Part shown: in pieces, positions 20,060 to 27,714 of the stretch
Layout: each line of letters opens with the position of its first letter
How positions within the stretch are numbered: the stretch's first letter is position 1
Virus record (IMG/VR): IMGVR_UViG_3300030060_001384
Coordinates: 1 to 50,594 of that record
From: a virus
Lineage: Duplodnaviria; Caudoviricetes
DNA: 50,594 nt
Reading direction: 5' to 3' (one strand)
Notes under the pieces: model-generated
What the model saw: the letters and a program-made list of their open reading frames with translations, nothing else
Told to the model about the DNA's origin: nothing
Database searches by the model: none
Made by a program: the position numbers and the translations under genes

Positions 20060-20603
20060 TGTATAGCTCCTCGAATGTTACGCCATAGGCGTCCAGTTGT
20101 TTCAGTGCAATCTCTTCCGTGGCAAGCACGTCTGCACGACCGTACTCTTCTATTATCTCCCACGGTATGTCGTAGAACGTCTTGCCCTCTTTGAGATACG
20201 GCTCCACAAGGTCCGTCTCCTTTTGGGTGACGTTATACTTTTTTGCAAGAGCAGCAAGTCCAAGAGGCCAACGTCTTGCACGGGCCAAAAGATATTCCGC
20301 AACCATCGTATCATAGATATGTCCCTCGTATGTAAAGCCACACTCTCGTATCCACGTCAGGTCAAACTTGATGTTGTGACCCACGAGAACGTCAGCATAG
20401 TTCAATGCCAGTTGGAAGCCTTCCGTCGCAGCCGCAGTCGGTGGCTCCGTCGAATGATAGTAACAGTCGTATGCCACTCTGCTTTGTAGCCACTTGTATC
20501 CGATTGATACCAACCTGTTGCCAAAGTACGGCAGAGGCGTGTGTCCACCACCACGCTTCTCGACGTGGGTTGTCTCCACGTCAAATGTCAGGACATTTAC
20601 CAT
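19998..20603 (-). CDS. DNA polymerase 3'-5' exonuclease domain (separate ORF)
   Basis: ExoI FDVET, ExoII GHNIKFD, YDTM, ExoIII EYGRAD. Confidence 0.9.
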   Translation of the reverse strand: MVNVLTFDVETTHVEKRGGGHTPLPYFGNRLVSIGYKWLQSRVAYDCYYHSTEPPTAAATEGFQLALNYADVLVGHNIKFDLTWIRECGFTYEGHIYDTMVAEYLLARARRWPLGLAALAKKYNVTQKETDLVEPYLKEGKTFYDIPWEIIEEYGRADVLATEEIALKQLDAYGVTFEELYNEPSTDTEAVIGDDQRIVTN

Positions 20604-20806
20604 ATGCCGTGCAACTCGTCGTCATAGTCTGTGTTTTCTGAAGTCATGTGTATCAATTCATCCACCTCTCGTATTTCAGCAATCTTCTCAGCCCTTGTCA
20701 AAGACCTGAATCTTGCTATTTCCTTTTCATCCTGAAGTGCGCCCTCTTCGTAATCTTTAAAGGACTTAAAATGTATGAACATTTTCTTACTCCTAGCTTT
20801 TGTCAT
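20597..20806 (-). CDS. Hypothetical protein
   Basis: 69 aa, AT-richer than its flanks, coupled to helicase and exonuclease. Confidence 0.55.
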   Translation of the reverse strand: MTKARSKKMFIHFKSFKDYEEGALQDEKEIARFRSLTRAEKIAEIREVDELIHMTSENTDYDDELHGIW

Positions 20807-22047
20807 CAGTAATACACCCCCTTGTTAATGTCGATCTGTGCGTGGATCATGCCATGCCAGCCGTTCAGTTTGTTTTTTGACACACAGATGTGACGCACGT
20901 CGTTCTCCACCTCGCTTGATCCGGTCTTGCCGATACCAATGATGATGTCAGCTTCGCCAGCCTTACCTGTACGCGAGTTGTCCAACATACTGTAGTCAAT
21001 AAACTGACGGTCGTGTGCCTCGTAGCTTGCCTGACTTACAGCCCACACAAGCATCTTGTTGCGCTTGGCAATCTCTCGTGCGTACACATAGATAGCTTTC
21101 AGTCGCTCGTCTTGACGGTTGAATTCGCCCTTGATGCGGAACTTGTCTAGCTGATCCATGAACATCACGTCGGGCTTGTTCAACTTGGCATACTCGTCCG
21201 CCTCTTCGACAGACGTGCCAACCGAGTCCATGACCCGTAGATACGGAGCCACCTCTGTCAGGTATCTCTGTGCCAGCACGGCACGCTGTTGCCGCATCTC
21301 CTCGTCCGTCACCTCAAAGAAGGACTGAATGATACGCAGCTTGATGCGATCAGCAGGCTCCTCGTTCGCCCAGTACACAACCTTGACGCCCTGCCGTATG
21401 TACGACGCTGCAAGAAAACAACAGAAGGTTGTCTTCCCAACTTCCGGACGAGCGAACAGGATGCCGAAGTTGCCACGGTCGAGACCCGGCACCTCCTCGT
21501 GTATCAGGTTGAAATCAAAGGGAAAGTCAGGGTCTTCAGCCACGTCGTCAAGCAACTCGTCAAGGTCACTTGCCACCTCTGTGTAGGTTGTCTTGTCCGA
21601 CATACGACCATCATCGACAGCATCAATCAGCCGCTGTAGCTCTCCAAACTCCTCGCTTTCACCAGTGAAAATTTCAATTGCTTTTTCACCAATGAGACGT
21701 GCGCGGTCACGCAGCCAGAAGTTCTGAACCATGTCAATGTGCATGTCTGTGTTGTCAGGGTTGCCCGACTCCAGTTGCACAATGATTTCGTGGACCGAGT
21801 CCCGCGCACTCGACGGCATAGCAGGATTACGATCATCAAACAAAGCAGCAAGCTCTGTCGATGTCATCGTCGTGCCATACTTTGTGTGACTGTACACAAT
21901 CGTGTCGAAGATATCTCGCATCTCTTTGGTGAACATGTCACGGTCAAGAGTGTTTTTTACTTGCGAGAAGAATTCTGCGTTCAGGCAAAAGCCTAGTATT
22001 TGTTGGTCAAGCGATACGCTCTTCAATGTATTCGTCCCTTTCGTCAT
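20806..22047 (-). CDS. DnaB-like (SF4) replicative helicase
   Basis: Walker A ARPEVGKTT, ANEE, MDQLD, VSQA, EADIIIG, KNK. Confidence 0.9.
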   Translation of the reverse strand: MTKGTNTLKSVSLDQQILGFCLNAEFFSQVKNTLDRDMFTKEMRDIFDTIVYSHTKYGTTMTSTELAALFDDRNPAMPSSARDSVHEIIVQLESGNPDNTDMHIDMVQNFWLRDRARLIGEKAIEIFTGESEEFGELQRLIDAVDDGRMSDKTTYTEVASDLDELLDDVAEDPDFPFDFNLIHEEVPGLDRGNFGILFARPEVGKTTFCCFLAASYIRQGVKVVYWANEEPADRIKLRIIQSFFEVTDEEMRQQRAVLAQRYLTEVAPYLRVMDSVGTSVEEADEYAKLNKPDVMFMDQLDKFRIKGEFNRQDERLKAIYVYAREIAKRNKMLVWAVSQASYEAHDRQFIDYSMLDNSRTGKAGEADIIIGIGKTGSSEVENDVRHICVSKNKLNGWHGMIHAQIDINKGVYY

Positions 22048-22810
22048 CCATCATGTTTTTCAAGTCGTGTTGCAACACAGCCAAGCTAGTCGGCACAAGA
22101 AAATACAGACGCCGCACCATGTCAAGTGCTTTGTCAGTCGCATCCTTGTCGAGTGCGATAAACACGCGCTCATAATTCTCTAGCCTTTTTATGTGTTCAT
22201 TCAATAGGTTAGTGCCAAGCAGCGCCATGCCAGTGACCTTGTTGCTGATAGCACACGCACTGGCACAGTCCTCAACCACGAACACTGTGCCGTGATTGCC
22301 ACACACAAATGGCACCTGTGACTTGCCGTAGCGATACCACTTAGGGCGCACATTGTTCAAGGCACGCCCCACCGCATCGACCATGCGCTTTCCGTCATTG
22401 ACCATGTACACCACACGATGCCGCTGGAAGTCGTAGCGAATGTCAACGCGACCGGCAAGGTACGCATCGTAGGAATTGACACGCCGCACATGCAACTCTG
22501 CATCCCGATTGCGGGACAGACTGACGAACGTGTGCGGTGGCTGAAAAGAATTGTCAGCAACTTCTTCTGTTGGCTTTGCAAGTTTTCGCACCAGTGCGTG
22601 CGTCGCAAACTCTTTTGTCAGCTTGACACCAGTGCGGCCCTTGACGTTACAGTCAGCGTGAAAGCAGTACCACATACGTTGCACACCATCGTCCGTGACG
22701 CTGAACGTGTTAGACTTGCCACACACAGGACAGTCGGATCGGTACTTTGTCAGCGGCTGTATGTCGAGCGACTCGACGTAGGTTGTCAACCATTGCGGTG
22801 ATTTTGTCAC
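22007..22810 (-). CDS. DNA primase (zinc-binding + TOPRIM)
   Basis: CPVC..CFHADC, GRAL..KW.RY, VVED, ALDKD; GTG start with RBS GGGAG. Confidence 0.88.
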   Translation of the reverse strand: MTKSPQWLTTYVESLDIQPLTKYRSDCPVCGKSNTFSVTDDGVQRMWYCFHADCNVKGRTGVKLTKEFATHALVRKLAKPTEEVADNSFQPPHTFVSLSRNRDAELHVRRVNSYDAYLAGRVDIRYDFQRHRVVYMVNDGKRMVDAVGRALNNVRPKWYRYGKSQVPFVCGNHGTVFVVEDCASACAISNKVTGMALLGTNLLNEHIKRLENYERVFIALDKDATDKALDMVRRLYFLVPTSLAVLQHDLKNMMDDERDEYIEERIA

Positions 22811-22856
22811 TTTTGTTCTCCCTAATTTTTGTCAACGTAACCCATACAGATATCTA

Positions 22857-22885
22857 TTGACAAGCAAAATTTTGTCGGCCACTAT
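22857..22885 (+). promoter_or_regulatory. Putative sigma70 promoter of the rightward early block
   Basis: TTGACA-N17-CACTAT in the divergent intergenic region. Confidence 0.55.
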
Positions 22886-22912
22886 CAATAACCCCCCTAT
22901 GGGAGATACCCC

Positions 22913-23065
22913 ATGATAAAGAAAATAGAGAAAATAAATCCCATTGCTAAGTCCCTTCGGGATAGGCTCTACAGGAAAAGAGTCATCCAAGACAAGAGAG
23001 AAAAGCAACGGGAAAAGCTACACAAGAAGGACATACGAGATGGGAAGACCTCACAAGATTCGTGA
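22913..23065 (+). CDS. ArfA-like small basic protein (50 aa, not in ORF track)
   Basis: RBS GGGAG; MIKKIEKINPIAKSLRDRLYRKRVIQDKREKQREKLHKKDIRDGKTSQDS. Confidence 0.65.
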   Translation: MIKKIEKINPIAKSLRDRLYRKRVIQDKREKQREKLHKKDIRDGKTSQDS

Positions 23066-23282
23066 AGATACAAAGACTTACAACCTGTTGATGACAAAAC
23101 GTCAGTACGATATTTTGTCAACACATTCACGCACCATGACCAAGGCTGGGCTAGAACAGGTCGCAGTTGCTGACCTAATTCGCGAAGCTATAGACATCTA
23201 CATTGAAGCACTGGAGGACAGCGATTATGACGGTGGAAGTAGTGTGGGTTCTGTTGTTAGTAACAGCCTTGAACAAGTATGA
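23040..23282 (+). CDS. Ribbon-helix-helix DNA-binding protein
   Basis: MGRPHK..KTYNLLM (strand) ..YDIL.. VADLIREAIDIY (helix B); RBS AAGGA. Confidence 0.7.
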   Translation: MGRPHKIREDTKTYNLLMTKRQYDILSTHSRTMTKAGLEQVAVADLIREAIDIYIEALEDSDYDGGSSVGSVVSNSLEQV

Positions 23283-23427
23283 TTTTGTCACCGAAAATAT
23301 CGGGGACTACGAGACGGTGGCAGAGTGTCACTTTGCAGCGACACAAATGTTCTGGGACGATATGCCTGCGAACAAGGAAGCTGTGTGCATGAGAGTGGAG
23401 GAGTATAAACTTGCAGAGAAAGATTAG
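23227..23427 (+). CDS. Small Cys-pair hypothetical protein
   Basis: RBS GGAGG; hydrophobic N-terminus, YETVAEC..AVC. Confidence 0.65.
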   Translation: MTVEVVWVLLLVTALNKYDFVTENIGDYETVAECHFAATQMFWDDMPANKEAVCMRVEEYKLAEKD

Positions 23428-23686
23428 AGTGTTTCGCAACCACAAGGGCGAACAACTGTTGCCGATTGTGGAGGAGCGTATAAAGGGACGCTACGAAGTT
23501 GTCGCTCCTGTGTCGTCTGTCCGTATTGGGGAGACACGCAAAGATTTTGTCAGGTCAAAGGCTTGTGTGGACTACCCACGATGGGTTGCACTCTTTGTCA
23601 GCAAGAGCGAAAGAGAATGTCAAAAATGGCTTGACAGGTACGAGAGGGTGGTGCTAAAACTGTGCATACCGTACGAAGTGCGTTAG
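23411..23686 (+). CDS. Hypothetical protein
   Basis: 91 aa ORF, RBS GGAGGAG, TTG start. Confidence 0.55.
   Translation: MQRKIRVFRNHKGEQLLPIVEERIKGRYEVVAPVSSVRIGETRKDFVRSKACVDYPRWVALFVSKSERECQKWLDRYERVVLKLCIPYEVR
23631..23660 (+). promoter_or_regulatory. Putative sigma70 promoter inside the 3' end of ORF 23411..23686
   Basis: TTGACA-N18-TAAAAC with extended -10 TG; about 50 nt upstream of a terminator. Confidence 0.5.
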
Positions 23687-23745
23687 GCATCGTTTGGTCT
23701 CCTTGGGAAGCAGGGCTGGTTTTCGGACTGGCCCTGTTTCTTTTT
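23667..23745 (+). ncRNA. Candidate small RNA with anti-SD/anti-AUG seed
   Basis: Bounded by a promoter and an intrinsic terminator; seed GCATCGTTTGGTCTCCTT (23687-23704) is complementary to early-gene initiation regions; 5' end estimated. Confidence 0.45.
23708..23745 (+). terminator. Rho-independent terminator
   Basis: AAGCAGGGCTGGTT-TTCG-GACTGGCCCTGTTT then CTTTTT. Confidence 0.85.
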
Positions 23746-23748
23746 GTG

Positions 23749-23778
23749 TTGACAGTCGTGTTGCATTACCTGTATGGC
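23749..23778 (+). promoter_or_regulatory. Possible sigma70 promoter
   Basis: TTGACA-N18-TATGGC just after the terminator; weak -10. Confidence 0.35.
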
Positions 23779-23813
23779 TAACTTACATAGCGTCAAACAA
23801 AGGAGATTGACAC

Positions 23814-24056
23814 ATGGAAGTGATTATAAAAGACGACGACCGCCGACAGCTTTTGAAGGCACACAATGATCTGCGTAACATGATCACCACGATTCACGAG
23901 TGCCACGACGTTTGGATGTCAGACGTAGGCAAGTTAGAGCATTTGCAACATCTGTTGCACCACGCGCTCAAGTTCACCCCACCGGTTGACGATGAAGGCA
24001 AAAAGATGTGGTGGCGTGACTATGTGTACGAAGAAGAGGTGCCTATCGATGACTAG
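23814..24056 (+). CDS. Hypothetical protein
   Basis: RBS AAGGAG, 80 aa. Confidence 0.7.
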   Translation: MEVIIKDDDRRQLLKAHNDLRNMITTIHECHDVWMSDVGKLEHLQHLLHHALKFTPPVDDEGKKMWWRDYVYEEEVPIDD

Positions 24057-24330
24057 GTTGTATCAACTGGTAATGGACAGCGCAAAGAACCCGCTGTCCA
24101 ATATCCCTGACGTGAACACTCGTCACATGATCATGCAAGTTCTTGCGTGGATGTGGTGTATCGTGTTCTCGTCGTGGGTGGGATCGATTGTCGTGTTTGG
24201 CATCAGTGCGCTTGTTCACGCAATCCTGTTGGCTGGTATCTTTATCACAGTCGGCGTATTCGAGACTGCCAAACGTAAGCCGCAGTATTTCGGTGGACTT
24301 GGCAGAGGCAACGGGGGAGAGCATGAGTAA
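24049..24330 (+). CDS. Membrane protein
   Basis: ATG 24049 (MTRLYQLVMD..NPLSNIPD..RHMIMQVLAWMWC); 2-3 hydrophobic segments. Confidence 0.7.
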   Translation: MTRLYQLVMDSAKNPLSNIPDVNTRHMIMQVLAWMWCIVFSSWVGSIVVFGISALVHAILLAGIFITVGVFETAKRKPQYFGGLGRGNGGEHE

Positions 24331-24466
24331 GTTGTGGGACAAGGCTGTGGAATACTACCTCACACACGATGACATAGAAATATTCCTGCTTGCGTGCTGC
24401 TGGGCCTTCTTGGGCTGGATGATGTTCCACGCCTTCAACGGCATCATGGAAAGGATTTACTGCTGA
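24323..24466 (+). CDS. Small membrane protein (47 aa)
   Basis: RBS GGGGGAG; MSKLWDKAVEYY..., one hydrophobic segment. Confidence 0.6.
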   Translation: MSKLWDKAVEYYLTHDDIEIFLLACCWAFLGWMMFHAFNGIMERIYC

Positions 24467-24801
24467 TGCGTATAATTGAGAACCACGTCGAATCTTGTCA
24501 CTGCTGGCACTGTGGCGGCTATGGCAAGGTTGCCTACACAAAGGCCGTTCCGGACCCGATCTGTGGCGGCGACCTTGTCGAGGAATACGGTCACTGCCAC
24601 GACTGCGACGGCGGCGGGGGATTGTACCGTGCCAAGCTAACGCAGACGACGGTGATCCGTGCCTTCTTGACACAAGCAAAACACGCCTTAGAAGATATAG
24701 ACCTGATGGACAGCGACCTTGACCAGATATATACAAAGATCGATCAGGTGGTTGCTGATGTTGAAAACTACGAGAAAAAGGTAGGCACAAGAGATGGGTA
24801 A
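24466..24801 (+). CDS. DnaJ-type zinc-finger protein
   Basis: CWHCGGYG and CHDCDGGG; TGATG-coupled. Confidence 0.7.
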   Translation: MRIIENHVESCHCWHCGGYGKVAYTKAVPDPICGGDLVEEYGHCHDCDGGGGLYRAKLTQTTVIRAFLTQAKHALEDIDLMDSDLDQIYTKIDQVVADVENYEKKVGTRDG

Positions 24802-24976
24802 AGTATCCGACTGGCTAATCGAAATGGAAGAGGACGCATCGTACATGACGCGTCAGGAATTCATCGACAAGCACGGCGAGACGGTGTCCGAGATGTACGA
24901 CGAATTGCAACTCAAATGGCGGATAGACTATGCCGATCCGGGCGACGGCTTCACACACCCGGATGATGTGGACTAA
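24794..24976 (+). CDS. Hypothetical protein
   Basis: MGKVSDWLIEMEEDA.., acidic 60 aa. Confidence 0.65.
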   Translation: MGKVSDWLIEMEEDASYMTRQEFIDKHGETVSEMYDELQLKWRIDYADPGDGFTHPDDVD

Positions 24977-25056
24977 ATAATGTCAGCCAAAAATATTGTC
25001 AGCCTAAATATTGTCAGTCGGAATATTGTCAGCCAAAAGCCCACAACATTGTCACC
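24975..25056 (+). repeat. Tandem 15-16 bp repeats, core AATA(T/A)TGTCAG
   Basis: Copies start at 24975, 24991, 25006, 25021; degenerate copy at 25045. Confidence 0.9.
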
Positions 25057-25189
25057 CGACTATCTGTGTGACAAATGTGGTGAGCCAGCCATGACAAACG
25101 ATTCGGGGCAGTTACGCTGTCCGTCCTGTTGGCTACAAGAAAAGGGAAGACAAATAAAACCTATTGACCGGGGCGGCTATCGTCCGTAA
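24980..25189 (+). CDS. Small zinc-ribbon protein
   Basis: CDKC..CPSC; N-terminal NIVS x3 encoded by the DNA repeats. Confidence 0.5.
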   Translation: MSAKNIVSLNIVSRNIVSQKPTTLSPDYLCDKCGEPAMTNDSGQLRCPSCWLQEKGRQIKPIDRGGYRP

Positions 25190-25192
25190 GGT
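25164..25192 (+). promoter_or_regulatory. Putative sigma70 promoter
   Basis: TTGACC-N17-TAAGGT with A-rich upstream element. Confidence 0.55.
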
Positions 25193-25230
25193 TTGGCAAC
25201 GATTAGGAAACATGACAAGGAACTAACGAC

Positions 25231-25845
25231 ATGAAACAAGCCACGCTAGTCGATCACGAAAGAATGATTCACAATATCACCAGCGTTTACCGTGACGCCG
25301 ACGAAATACAGCACGCCGAGGGTTTGTTGTGGTACTCCGACGCACAAAAGGCGGCGCACAATATCGCGGTAAAATACGACATTGCGGTTTATATTGTGGT
25401 TGCTGTTATTGCTGCGCTTTCCCCGAATAACAAATGGTCTCGAAATATTGTCAACGCCGATGCCTTGATTGGTGCATTCATCCGGGGCGATGGTCTCTTG
25501 TCGGTGAAGGTCTCGACCTATCACACCATGAAGCGCAAGGCTTGGGATATTTTGGCGGCGCGTCCGGACTACGACGGGGCAAAAGCCATGCTGAAAGGTC
25601 AAAAGATTACGTCCTTTTTCATGGACATTATGGGCGAGTTTAACGTCACGATTGACGGCCATGCACGAAACATTGCCTACGGTGAGCGCGTCGGCTTGAC
25701 TGACGACCGGACAAACATTGGCGTCCGTGAATACCGCGCTTTGCAGGCTGCATATGAAGAGGCAGCACGCCGCGTCGGCCTCATGCCCTACCAATTACAG
25801 GCAATCACTTGGCGCGTCTGGCGCGACCGACACGGCATCAAATAA
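25231..25845 (+). CDS. Conserved phage protein, helix-hairpin-helix DNA-glycosylase-like
   Basis: WY..AALSP..W..KITSF..VTIDGHA..QLQAITW pattern; fold assignment is inference. Confidence 0.55.
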   Translation: MKQATLVDHERMIHNITSVYRDADEIQHAEGLLWYSDAQKAAHNIAVKYDIAVYIVVAVIAALSPNNKWSRNIVNADALIGAFIRGDGLLSVKVSTYHTMKRKAWDILAARPDYDGAKAMLKGQKITSFFMDIMGEFNVTIDGHARNIAYGERVGLTDDRTNIGVREYRALQAAYEEAARRVGLMPYQLQAITWRVWRDRHGIK

Positions 25846-25885
25846 TGTCAGCGCCATGCCTCAAATATTGTCAGCGCCATGCCTC
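25838..25885 (+). repeat. Tandem 23-bp duplication containing AATA(T/A)TGTCAG
   Basis: TCAAATAATGTCAGCGCCATGCC / TCAAATATTGTCAGCGCCATGCC. Confidence 0.9.
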
Positions 25886-26092
25886 TAGTTTGGGGATCGG
25901 TTGGGGGTTTCCTGCGCCATTGTTCGGGGGCGGGACTGTCGGGCCGGTCAGCGGTTGCCGCGAGTCGCGGGGCGGCAACCAACTTTTGCCGGGGCTGCAA
26001 AACTTTTTTGCGCCCGGGGCTTCAACTGGTGCAAAACCTGTGCCATGATTCGGGTGCTGGCGATCTTGCCAGCCAGAAAAGGAGAACAAGCT

Positions 26093-27118
26093 ATGCTTGA
26101 TTTAGTACCGACTAACGATGCCATCCGCCCGGTGGGTGACGGCTGGGAATACCGTCACAACCATGTTGACGATCTGTCACTGTATACCGATCACTGCCGA
26201 ATCCGGCGGATTCCGATCGTTGCCATGCGGCCATATTACAGCGACCTGCACGGCACGGTGGAAGAGCCGCATAATATGGATGACTTCCATGCTCTTTATA
26301 ACGCCGCGACCGATCAGGTGCTTTCGACCCGGCCTATCGGGAAGACCTACAAGCTTGTTCCCCATGATCAGCTTTTTGCGGCGCAAGCCGAGAAGCTTTC
26401 CGAGGGGGACTTGCCGACCGGTAACGTGACGGTGACCGACCGGCTCTATGACGGGGGACTCCGGGCGCATCGAACCATCCACTTCAACGACCTGTCCGAG
26501 AACATCGAACACTTACAGGACCGGGTGGTTTACCGCATGGACATTTTCAATTCGGTGGACATGTCGTGGAGCTTCCAAATATTCAGCGGGGCTTATCGCG
26601 ACCTGTGCCGGAATACTTTGGTGTTCGGTGGCGAGAAGGCATATCACCAGAAGCGCAAGCACACCAAAAACCTGTCCGTCGGGGCTTTGATTAGCAAGGC
26701 GGCAATGGGGCTTGAATTCTGGCAAAACAACCGGGACCAGATGCAACTGTGGCGGGGCCGTGCCATGAACAGCCAGCAATTCGCCGCGCTGCTGGCCGAT
26801 ACCATCTGCAAGAAAAACGACGCGGCAGCGGAAGCCGGGCAGGGTGACGGTCTCAACCGGCGGCTGATGAATTACCTACTGCACCGCTTCGAGGAAGAAG
26901 AGCGGGAACTGGGCCGGACCATGTGGGCCGGTTATAACGCTCTGACCCATTGGTCAACGCATCTCGACACCGAGTGGACAGACGACGACGGGAAGACATG
27001 GAAGACGGGCCGCAAGGATGCCCGGCCTCATTATGTCGCGCGGTCCCGCTCTGACGCTGTCCGGACGGTGATCGAATCCGACCGGTGGCGAGACATGGAA
27101 GGATTAGCCTTTGCATGA
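26093..27118 (+). CDS. DUF932/DUF945-family protein
   Basis: RBS AAGGAG, ATG 26093; YKLVPH, NSVDMSWSFQIFSGAYRDLCRN, RKHT, TMWAGYNALTHWSTH. Confidence 0.8.
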   Translation: MLDLVPTNDAIRPVGDGWEYRHNHVDDLSLYTDHCRIRRIPIVAMRPYYSDLHGTVEEPHNMDDFHALYNAATDQVLSTRPIGKTYKLVPHDQLFAAQAEKLSEGDLPTGNVTVTDRLYDGGLRAHRTIHFNDLSENIEHLQDRVVYRMDIFNSVDMSWSFQIFSGAYRDLCRNTLVFGGEKAYHQKRKHTKNLSVGALISKAAMGLEFWQNNRDQMQLWRGRAMNSQQFAALLADTICKKNDAAAEAGQGDGLNRRLMNYLLHRFEEEERELGRTMWAGYNALTHWSTHLDTEWTDDDGKTWKTGRKDARPHYVARSRSDAVRTVIESDRWRDMEGLAFA

Positions 27119-27188
27119 TCTTATAGCCTCAATATTCCGGCTTTGCTGGATTCTCTTGTTGGTGATCATCATTGCCAGCATCATTTAG
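27111..27188 (+). CDS. Putative 25-aa hydrophobic peptide
   Basis: TTG start after GAAGGA; MHDLIASIFRLCWILLLVIIIASII; fills the intergenic gap. Confidence 0.45.
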   Translation: MHDLIASIFRLCWILLLVIIIASII

Positions 27189-27207
27189 AACGAAAGGAAC
27201 CAAAACG

Positions 27208-27648
27208 ATGAATATCCCGAAAACACTTCTGAACGATGTTCGCAAGCTTGCGGACCGGTTCGAACAGGTTGTCCGTCAGGACGAACGCAAGCGCCTGTTA
27301 GCGAAATTCCGTGCTGAGACTGGGCGCAAGCCAGTCGCAAAGCCGCAGCCGTTGTATCCCGTGACCGGGCTGCATGGTGAGCCGCTTGTCGAGGTGGCAT
27401 CCGTGCCGGTGAAGACTGTGGCCCAAAATGTGGATATCGGCCCGGGCCATCACCGGCTTCTGGCGGAATTGGCAAAGGGCTATCAGGCCGCGCCAACCAT
27501 GGCCGGAAACCTCGGGCTTACCCGTCTCACTGTGGTCCGGTATCTGTCCGACCTCCGCAAGGCAGGCTATCCGATCAAGGCAAAAAGCACGGGCCGTCGG
27601 GCTGCTGGCCGCTACCAGAAGATATACCGGCTTGACCAGACCGGTTGA
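27208..27648 (+). CDS. HTH DNA-binding protein
   Basis: RBS AAAGGA; C-terminal MAGNLGLTRLTVVRYLSDLRKAGYPI (winged-HTH pattern). Confidence 0.75.
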   Translation: MNIPKTLLNDVRKLADRFEQVVRQDERKRLLAKFRAETGRKPVAKPQPLYPVTGLHGEPLVEVASVPVKTVAQNVDIGPGHHRLLAELAKGYQAAPTMAGNLGLTRLTVVRYLSDLRKAGYPIKAKSTGRRAAGRYQKIYRLDQTG

Positions 27649-27662
27649 CCTGTGGCTATAAT
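27631..27662 (+). promoter_or_regulatory. Putative sigma70 promoter
   Basis: CTTGACC ... TATAAT (27657-27662); the 19-nt spacer is long. Confidence 0.45.
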
Positions 27663-27714
27663 TCGGGGCGGTCCAGATCGGGCCGCCTCAACTTTTGCAA
27701 AAGGAGACGAAACA

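Noticed and set aside
24975-25056. Short regular repeats as a CRISPR array
   Set aside because: Units are 15-16 bp and abut each other with no unique spacers; no cas operon
25809-26100. ORFs and the upstream extension of DUF932 across the GC-rich leader
   Set aside because: Open frames are expected in GC-rich DNA; the strong RBS is at ATG 26093
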